Shown here: positions 61,001-64,000 of the stretch, in pieces
Layout of the letters: each line of letters starts with the position of its first letter
Numbering within the stretch: the stretch's first letter is position 1
Assembly: GCA_944381205.1 (NCBI GenBank)
Contig: CALWKG010000003.1
Coordinates: 27,573-91,572, forward strand
Direction of reading: 5' to 3'
DNA from: an uncultured Clostridia bacterium
Lineage (GTDB): Bacteria > Bacillota > Clostridia > Christensenellales > UBA1242
DNA: 64,000 nt
Notes under the pieces: model-generated
Seen by the model: the letters and a program-made list of their open reading frames with translations, nothing else
Databases searched by the model: none
Told to the model about the DNA's origin: nothing
Program-made: the position numbers and the translations under genes

Positions 61001-62726
61001 TTTAAGTGACGAAATCAATGCTTTAAGGATAAACCCAACACTGCTTAGTTTCGCAAACGACAACAACATAAAGGTTAATAAGGTCTACCTAATTTCTTCC
61101 GCGCAGGAGTTGGTTTTCCTAGCCAACAACGTAAACAACGGCTCACTGCTAACCACTAATACCGAGTTCATTTTGACCAGCGACATCGACCTAACAGGCA
61201 GTTATTGGACTCCTATTGGGCTGTCTTCGGTGTATCCGTTTATGGGTGTGTTTAACTTTAACGGTCACGTGATTAGCGGGCTTACCATAGACAATTCTTC
61301 CTACACCTACGCGGGACTGTTTGGCTATACCAAAAACGCATATATCATTAACGGCTACCTTCAAAACGCGTTTATCAAAATCAACAACCAAGGCATTAAT
61401 TCCGAGGTCTATGCGGGCGCTCTTGTGGGGCTAGGGGATAACACCACCATCAAAAACATAAGTGTCAGCGCGACCATTTCGGCTTATTCCAATTTCGCCA
61501 GTTACATTGGCGGGGTGGCGGGCTATCTAACCGGTAGCAGTTACAGTGTGCAAAACGTCAAATCTTTCAAAGGCGCTAAGTCGGTAGATTTGGGAAATTT
61601 TGTAAATAACGTCGTCGAACTCGAAGACAATACCGAGGTTAAGTCCGACAACTTGTATTTGGCGGGATTTAGCGACAAGGGCAGTGTCTACGCGGGCGGA
61701 ATTGCGGGCTACGTCGTGGGACCTGACAGGCAGGAAGACGATTTTAGTGTCATAACGTACGCACAAAGCGGTATCAACATTACCGCGGTTTCTCGCTCGG
61801 CTTCGGCAAACGTCTACGCGGGCGGAATTGCGGGCTACGGGGCAGAGTTTTTAACCGTTGATACGTCGTCTAGCACTAGCATAATAAAGACCTATTCGGC
61901 AAAATTCGACGTCGCGGGCGGGATAGTCGGCTACAACAACAATGGTGTGGTTTCCAACTCGCAGTTTGACGGGTACTTAGAAACAAGGCAGTCGTCGGGC
62001 AGAGTTTTCGACGCACCGCAAAACATTAGGTCGTACGTGGGCGGAATAGTCGGCAGTGCTCGTGGCGGGGTGATTTCCAACTGCATTAACAGTGGCTCCA
62101 CCCTTGCCAGCAACGTCAGCGAAGACGTTTCAATAGGCGCCATAATAGGCTATGCCATCGATAAGGAGTACACCGGCGACTCGCTCAGCATTTACTATAC
62201 AGGCAATAACGGCTTTGAGGACGCGATAGGTATTTACGTCTACGAAGTTCTCACCCAGCCTAGCGACATTCAGGATTTAATAAACGGAGTGTACACTAAC
62301 GACACAAGGCTAATTTCGGCAGAAGGCAGTCCATTTAGGGATAACCCTAGTTGGAAAGTCAACGGTTCCGAAGCAATCGTCCTATCAAATAAGGTGTTTT
62401 TAATGGGCGCGAATATGGCTTCGTTTAGGGTCAGTTACGGCGGGGAAACAAAGCCACTGCTCGGGCAGGAAGGTGTGGATAGCCAGCCGGGGCTTTTGGT
62501 AGACTTAGAAAACTTGGGCGACGTCGATATCTATAACATAGCCACGTCGTCTAGCGAGTCAAAAATAGCGGTAAGCCTATTAGTGCAGGGAGTAAACGGG
62601 CTAGAATACTACTATATCGAACAAACCCTAAGTGACTCCGCCGACGAAACCTTCAAACTCTCCACCGTCATAGGCTCCACCCTAAAATCCCAACTCGTCA
62701 CTTGCTTCATCTCTTATCTAGAATAG
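45975..62726 (+). CDS. giant surface lipoprotein (5,583 aa), paralogue of the upstream gene, with Ig-like domains and GLUG-motif beta-helix modules
   Basis: A 16.7-kb frame with no stop. It opens 'MKRLFSALFVFLIMGFTFVLVGC' (lipobox LVGC) with RBS 'ggga' 4 nt upstream. Big_2-like 'ITAQALKKGSAKIIVRVESL' and 'SVLTISQNGDIRVVGTGKAIITISS'. Canonical GLUG module 'IYTAEDLAGFAYMVNSGYDSYEGKTVTLSSDIDLSGKYWLPIGSEKYPFKGTFDGQGYSI...YAGGLVA...SAGGIVGEMLGGSIYN'. Confidence 0.9.
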   Translation: MKRLFSALFVFLIMGFTFVLVGCNDRYGGLSMSLSFSFSPNGENVEVLDDGTYRVITGGGVFDAKRDGSYVIYIGEENARIPLDIVYHNAPDDFNYDVNFSYNSEAFTCDKSDKNFITNGIQVTVVASSIGKGNLTVINSEANIKSSIYIEVVKIANEISFKNSSLGISVEERSIINFANELTGIPQGQNFEISFGTGSVENFSPMTYEELMTKGFNYNINTKSLSLARTTNIELDSFLVKATYTSPLGEELVAYATIDVLPALSGFEIYLGSDIDSVLPENRVDLNSALEFVYNNVDGRLNYKDFIFKINSNGEKVTFGAIYEEGLYPFKVGENILTPQPLFNKSPYVYVNQNGQVVDDYSQATTTYGFFRLEAIKSTEDPKYTNSIYTINFTCDYADYEITNYPLVLNVDSTIFSLVETFEINGDSVDSTFFEKGELAGSIDSIIDKFYQNKLYLNTSGDISGESFEISVASPSNINEQNSKFYVEFYDDNYNLIADPSYYLTISYEYAGNSYNYVSSDNQLFSKDTTFYIKPKRETTSANDQFFMIIRAEKPTDMPAVAGLHFVVVEGISEIESYDYTNYTYSVNEETGEYILDEFGNKIIVNSGSEGVLFTESTSSSKTMVGVETINVDLNVKQDIFISLNADYEEYSNVSIQSSDPSILIIKEINGGDITAQALKKGSAKIIVRVESLSMVYEIDINVFSPITSFYTTLNTYDNGVGEYEIDDDKISTKSATVEAKTTFSVLISTRPLEEKVYDLITRLYVKVAENDYQLVGEYLGAGDGVIQDGYITYNAINHSFTFYSDDAEGREYIVVYEIHNLDGAILRKQITLKCFVPIRDIMIETTTTQIYEPDSIYYGDKVLSAQDLSLRQDDPSIFGLRVNVNHVSERIPTFTFEDYGVIEIEFNGNIYNRYSVKNGVLVEEYISTLSPISALSNIMTNGYYWFRLNEDRKLSNDSLLINAYVREFSKNNFEDNKKIEIIPVSAVKSIVSNDGTDINFRQGIDNSFSANLQVFDGDIYNSELLYIPVVVLEDKFAVVQNGGLFTISINKTYENMFRLDFGLNHKFGGYGAVVIIPQDKINTLSDYTTWNSYTYTQVTVNEDSFVQGLYYIMQGEEYFLASEYFETQTYYIKGIDLSQVLSIWQGALVLNISVSDGEGIPYHISTYEELVEIGSSAESASKNYVLTRDIEIPSSYRWQAIQNYYVANVTSQEEFLLDTYYIKDGEDYVISEEYDEDATYYGLGFNGNLTGKYEIVDYRTGQTITEYYSITNVRYEGGYNSSLMGIFTKLGVDGVISDLKVEYSYFQPSTTTAGYYGGIVGENRGNIQNASVRFSDYRLTITKPNDNEFKVVVGGIAGVNYGTIENSRLLDESSLQGNLSVVLLSEDIDALVGGFAGENYGVISGSYDTDKQIEYTFNDIGFDSVLGIRVDGKSVNSRIGGVAGLNSGKIKNIALQGKIVASGLNYVGGIVGYNDVSSNREYSIERSYFAGTVSGNDFVGGVVGNSSNGSYYNISAENYATSTNSSRTFVTGNRNVGGLIGYASNVQVQFSFVVSYFGCDSIESKFVESSSSYDVIGQENVGGLAGVFVNSQVSASATYVNVRGNDAVSNFSAVTNSSSIEDAFAIGCIYAVNGVSHNPLSIAQNSYSIITDVRQGVTYTNGYEDGVINITIEDPWKASEVADNPPYLVFEGEALLSTSQIVITASVKDNDAPYTNYIKATDTALLLFYGYDEFNRYSSSLMNQVNTIGLKDLIDLKVELETHKTTRFDVRSSNLSVLTISQNGDIRVVGTGKAIITISSKLNSSVFKQIEVVVINGITGMEVYSNPSMTQNADDLDLTLVKSQSLGLYSEIEYTRQIDNQELQLLSSEQVGVRFKVYDDESLQELLQSLVDDEEGVYYELNDILRIAGNTWAQDPNGFYYVDVDYNSQISIVPQIAFDLPITISYTPYIKTVFNSGEIVTLLDMIGERFFRVTAQNGATDIVLENNILSTVDINQLEYFTFTVTVYTDYEEEDIDSNINTITDQNFGFNPGNKVINKDSNGKVVSVSRSYTVWYKDKVNTIDEEKVYNLNFWAVTNASENSLSLTIVVHGQDGVSDISARIFSDVKEDFPQKPSDSNTIYNARTGLLAFEVYPYFANYSKLRVSYSGNINYAITLTQLYYNADNTGDKFSIYTNSGTTFDENGNLIVLKTSGQDSASISTNGIYSYSRMYFFGILVPSGVPDRTSYVITIDVLDSKNNVIYSEQVPFSTLARSDLNLSFDAKFLGEDGLYYLPANTRQELVVNANTEYEAISFEISSPDYQLSEIEKEIFEPTLSDGGYYVWVMDYKNNLFSTDLIGKTIEIEAVLDDGETADPASISFVISLFTVTGVNVNNLNQGYMTLENSVTTPLTVNVEAVYDESLVNSSQNWYTTWYNNFGEDQTNSLYLNILNAGYSIEANFVDYLSQLQDSIAKANYNSSSTSTTKTSGVWLYVDSQGTLSALRSGNMYNNNAFGVENYRDYIAVYGYETDRNSNLILNVRLTYSHYDMSTSTRVKDSSGVPSVRDYNYEFALYQSNFTFEQEFTLTFVDRIGLNNPTPISSASEFLDLAEETEGDFRLVNDIELTNYTPINLNVDSFDGNNYTIYITSFSNSATNFALFDTIDSESMAYNATVYYTSRVDYSTELETIIPRAYPIEIELNQTGSYNFGGLAITNKGIITNCTVTGGVTFDTNLSLSVTNGGLVTQNSTSGFITNSKVTHFILTCYGTTGGFVAQNMGKVVASYFDNSSITNLSTANTGGFVYQNSGEIYECYAQGARSTTDNDIRNTGAGISSDGGNVGGFAYQNTSLISDCYSNILISTSNMMAGFVYVDSESSVISKCYSISCKRSGDNETTAFPFVGPSAEHIIPLRVIVNGTLNNCYYLTTGGSWEESNFYLPDSTNPRLTPANKKAEALETDDFATHDSFINYDLSLVYNTDYYEDRTQFNYIDGYTWVIVEGKPLLVSTLTNTISQQDYQGKQKNYDSEELVCFDKSSIGELHAVEQTEGVMGSNLIRTNYYALKQSGDYLDSDIIYSSLRDNNANQITYTFNPKGEFLGLSIICSIVVDENGKETYVYESAEYGDGKILDIRTNSGDVYFDSDENFRANDTIVIERNEQNNEILRITYRTLQSASYYYSSSVSGISDVLGTRTNPKIIYNAESFRYWLTETTLNKTTNTFYRIVSDINLDSEYITTSNSTFSGVLQGNYMSIENLSLSYFNNSVEAGQNSTSFGLFSSIATKKESTNDTVISNLTINVDQVLSNAHMFVGALAGMINADSTLSSKKVFLTNISILTPEGSKSLVMGKNAVGGLAGYATGNVIIKDITASVSVNASYEAPDSVINSTLYAGANTSNVSRISYAGGVVGIFDVKKVIDTATLRNYNASNIIVNGENTYVGNIVGSAFGLVGENCIINYVNASLTHSEISFIKATSYAGGLVGENRGTIISSSASQYDEQANEQNHGIGDSPYDQYDLFFSGLGGEVLAIGGLVGLNNGGLVTNSISKVNVTNKKATIAGGAVGRMLEGALENVIASGAVLGNRIMGGLVGSLNDIDLMAIEGEYNADGLIPFDRQKYIDFYGSFVAGEDTKVIISNCVAGNNWLVKDYSYYLSRINNGNALLAGFIGVISYYNTVSAINDLIFETISFTKPSFYANTLFTTVNSQNPARILQSTYLSYELDSVEVNTNSPNVLVDGNGEQVVYPYSTNEFYYESAQSKVNYTVISINNELSGAGSPNDVYAKEFYQIRQTTPSELINSEFFYTLIDYDEDGNWGTPYNQRSFDWYQDRFGYIYYLNENNSYTLVNSEQEFIALEKLSDGSFREFYYIQSPILTEFSYTEEYLSTDDSIFVYGNNLSSSSRVNAYTFESIDDLKEQTYISINGIQIPINLLDSENTISEEIFLDEQHEQFSEGTYEYKNFNLPLINGGEITSVKIYVKSYVQADNIRAYVERVQVVYEYKNVGYNTLDNENVFVSLQSTINNAQTFYDLKISSKKVIFSSFKNGYWQMDDNFLSYSLDDVSRYPVNLEFAEKYVWSDFRSTNVSTTIYTAEDLAGFAYMVNSGYDSYEGKTVTLSSDIDLSGKYWLPIGSEKYPFKGTFDGQGYSIKYVSVNENSLKDSNNLPKYAGLFGYTDGATIFDINILGGEVCGEYAGGLVAKANNTTIYNVQSRNNAVGQVSAGGIVGEMLGGSIYNTQNYARVESNSNSTNLVYVGGIVGNATDTAMGGTSGDRVLTNTNYGEIYATNNSTNYISNTLIELFVGGIAGQVNNVTLIDNSTNEGSITVTTNSDKTHIGGVVGSVVINDKTLVLSKIQNNADILVNYVNNFSDADIGESANYDDYAVMDVGGVLGVSNINGTFVNNEGNLTVNTTSSNDAKISVGGIVGRIDVDGAGGVDLRNSYNIGDIESFSTNSSVFGIGGLVGTSDLSYYENNNSDEANEKTKDKISIYDSYNAGDVLSSNNCATFIGGILGYAYGSNVVSNRVLIQRTLNVGGVSIYNIMRTQNALGAIVGIDEHIYTTNPMANTTVQDIEDYIPQGLYNFYLRGSAYASGEMYTAFSQYEPSTSYYTAVDDIPTFAVAKISDSLKDETNYQIEVVISDITYTYDTWDFDNTWEQEYDTWYPTLKNNLVTAFWVEKQQEVQSTGVSYSVNSAEELAYVGNLINTGKIESEGIVINLNSFIDLSNRFWTPIGNDDFPFKGTFNGNSYEIKNLTVEGSVLSDNTYGGLFGVVEGATITNLGFNAPVVQNVTNAGSVSALAKNSNISYIYVENGDSESSVIEGISLAGGIVGELVDSNDKSSSDRRGLYFAYNNTRVSADTEITGLSSVGGLVGSLSSSIIGNAYNGESGIVVVRDASVSTGSIVVGEADISSQLINVFNLSPLMQTIDLSDIEITEKQLYTITLSEDNRVLVVNTGYEPTFDNLVSDDDLGQTVDVFTKEYSLNSVELIDYPTIRGLGREWKNTESDNLVSYTISSDFGEKGSIVDYIQSITVDSSLSDEINALRINPTLLSFANDNNIKVNKVYLISSAQELVFLANNVNNGSLLTTNTEFILTSDIDLTGSYWTPIGLSSVYPFMGVFNFNGHVISGLTIDNSSYTYAGLFGYTKNAYIINGYLQNAFIKINNQGINSEVYAGALVGLGDNTTIKNISVSATISAYSNFASYIGGVAGYLTGSSYSVQNVKSFKGAKSVDLGNFVNNVVELEDNTEVKSDNLYLAGFSDKGSVYAGGIAGYVVGPDRQEDDFSVITYAQSGINITAVSRSASANVYAGGIAGYGAEFLTVDTSSSTSIIKTYSAKFDVAGGIVGYNNNGVVSNSQFDGYLETRQSSGRVFDAPQNIRSYVGGIVGSARGGVISNCINSGSTLASNVSEDVSIGAIIGYAIDKEYTGDSLSIYYTGNNGFEDAIGIYVYEVLTQPSDIQDLINGVYTNDTRLISAEGSPFRDNPSWKVNGSEAIVLSNKVFLMGANMASFRVSYGGETKPLLGQEGVDSQPGLLVDLENLGDVDIYNIATSSSESKIAVSLLVQGVNGLEYYYIEQTLSDSADETFKLSTVIGSTLKSQLVTCFISYLE

Positions 62727-62859
62727 ATATAACACCCCACCTGCTATGATAACCAAACCCTGCATTTTCAATTTTCACTGCCATCTTTTTTATCTTTTTA
62801 CCCCTATTTTTTATCCATTTTATCTAAAAAATCACCTATTTTGTCATATTGAATACATT

Positions 62860-63860
62860 CCGTCACCCTGTCCTTCTTCGTCATTCTGAGCGAAGCGAAG
62901 AATCCCATATCTCGAAGACGAACAACTTACACTATTGCGCATACCTTCGCTTATGGGACCCTTCGATTGCCCATCAAAGTAGGGAACTCTCAGGGTGACA
63001 GCGCTCGCACGTGATTGTAAGTTGCAACGCAAATATTAACTTATTTGCGCGTGCAACACGAACAATCACTACTCGCTTTTTCCCAAAAATGCAAGTCATT
63101 TTTGGGAGCCCTGTTTTCCCGTCATTCTGAGATGGGCAGTCTTGACCGGCTCCCGAAGAATCCCCCCATCTCTCTCAGCCACGACCTTTTGCTTTGTGTC
63201 TTATCTAGAATAGGGAAATCCCCGCCATTCTGTCTTTCTTCGTCATTCTGAGCGAAGCGAAGAATCCCATATCTCGTAGATGTTACCACCTTATTACCCA
63301 CCCGTACCATTCCGTCATTCTGAGATGGGCTATCAGGCTCGGCTCCCGAAGAATCCCATATATCATAGACCGATAACTTGTTTACAATATCTCTAAGTGT
63401 TTGTTTTCCGTATTTTTACGACCCACGCTCGCACGCGGTTTCTTGTCACCGCTCCCATTTTATCAAATGTGAGTTTGGTGACCTTTTTAACCGCTACTCG
63501 CTCTATCCCAAAAATCTGACGATTTTCGGGAGCCCTGTCATTCAAACCGTGCGAGCCACGGTTTTATTTACCATAAATCATACAACCACAAAAACTATCA
63601 CGAAGCAGTCACAGTTCCCAAAAGTAAACGGAAAGGAAAACAAATACCTTAGAGATATAAAGTACACTTATACTGTTTTCTCCCACCTATTATGAGATTC
63701 TTCGTAAGCCGGTCAAGTCTGCCCATCTCAGAATGACGGAGTAAGACCGGGGAATATTTCCGCCTGTCCATCATAGTATGAAACTCTCAGGGTGACGGGA
63801 AAAATGGTGGATATTTCGATTGCCCGTCTGTACTCGTCAACTCTCCGGGTAATGAGGTGT
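62860..63860. repeat. cluster of >=9 hairpin repeats of the 'CGTCA(TT/CC)CTGAG...CGAAGAATCCC' family plus other mosaic repeats; no credible CDS
   Basis: A 41-bp exact repeat 'ttcttcgtcattctgagcgaagcgaagaatcccatatctcg' occurs at 62874-62914 and 63236-63276. Long-loop copies lie at 63118-63167 (+), 63311-63357 (+) and 63694-63740 (-). The 'ctcagggtgac' variant lies at 62986-63003 (-) and 63781-63799 (-), with a degenerate copy near 63841. Composite hairpin repeats lie at 63069-63114 and 63494-63538. Confidence 0.7.
63544..63572 (+). terminator. terminator-like hairpin inside the repeat-rich right flank
   Basis: 'aaaccgtg-cgagc-cacggttt' forms a perfect 8-bp stem followed by 'tatttacc'. No ORF sits upstream, so its function is unclear. 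Confidence 0.35.
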
Positions 63861-64000
63861 CGCGGTGAAATATTCTTCCCAACTGCGTCATTGGGCTTTC
63901 TTTTTGTAGCCCGTTACTTTTTTGTAACCCGCTCCCACTTTCTAACCGCGCCTTGCGTTGCCGTTGCTCTTTTATGGCATCAAAAACCCACTTTTGTATA

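Noticed and set aside
22448-62143. Several dozen minus-strand ORFs (60-164 aa) inside the two giant genes, many Pro/Thr/Ile-rich ('PPTIPP', 'PPAIPP', 'TTPPA'). Examples: 37113..37607, 39662..40066, 41804..42154, 56435..56755.
   Set aside because: They are the mirror image of the GG[IV][VA]G-rich sense frame: the reverse complement of GGN-GGN-ATH-GYN-GGN gives Pro/Thr/Ile codons. They have no independent start or RBS context and lie wholly within an intact 23-kb or 17-kb sense ORF.
62712-63213. A 15-bp identity 'tcttatctagaatag' between the end of giant gene 2 (62712-62726) and 63199-63213.
   Set aside because: It is too short to distinguish from chance in ~128 kb of two-strand sequence, and there is no extended flanking similarity.
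62844-63695. ORFs 62844..63032(-), 63045..63251(+), 63122..63310(-) and 63378..63695(+) in the right flank.
   Set aside because: Two of them share 'RYGILRFAQNDEE' only because they translate the same DNA hairpin repeat. All overlap repeat copies and hairpins, lack an RBS, and have no recognisable motifs.
1-64000. Search for a prophage, IS element, integrase, toxin-antitoxin system, tRNA or rRNA gene.
   Set aside because: No transposase, integrase or recombinase motifs appear in any frame of the ORF track. No tRNA-like T-arm or acceptor pattern was seen in the intergenic regions. Nothing supports such calls.

Overview
Low-GC bacterial chromosome segment. I infer Bacillota/Clostridia-like from a SpoIIID homologue, a TM-anchored M23 (SpoIIQ-like) peptidase and the tadA / glmU-like / pth / mfd gene order. 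All 21 supported CDSs are on the + strand. Nt 1-20.9k is an ordinary housekeeping block: gltX, M1 peptidase, MBL hydrolase, two CPBP proteases, rlmH, M14 peptidase, tadA, a truncated GlmU-like gene, pth, mfd, a PrsA-like lipoprotein, a flippase-like membrane protein, M23 peptidase, acpP and spoIIID. Several gene pairs overlap by ATGA, which suggests operons. About 63% of the window (22.2-62.7k) is two tandem, paralogous giant genes of 7,805 aa (from the likely ATG) and 5,583 aa. Each opens with a lipoprotein signal peptide and lipobox Cys. An Ig-like (Big_2-like) region of about 1,100 aa follows, then repeated beta-helix modules built from GLUG-type GG[ILV][VAI]G repeats. I recognise no catalytic domain and no LPXTG, SLH or other C-terminal anchor. 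The giant genes are preceded by an unusual 1.3 kb non-coding, A-rich leader. It contains helically phased A-tracts (period about 11 bp over hundreds of bp), an iteron-like triple repeat, two perfect tandem DnaA boxes and a near-consensus sigma-A promoter. A family of structured hairpin repeats (core CGTCATTCTGAG...CGAAGAATCCC, apex GCGAAGC) forms clusters at 18.2-18.5k and 62.9-63.9k, bracketing the block that holds the giant genes. I found no CRISPR array, tRNA/rRNA gene, transposase or integrase. All domain calls come from motifs read by eye in the supplied translations; no database search was run.
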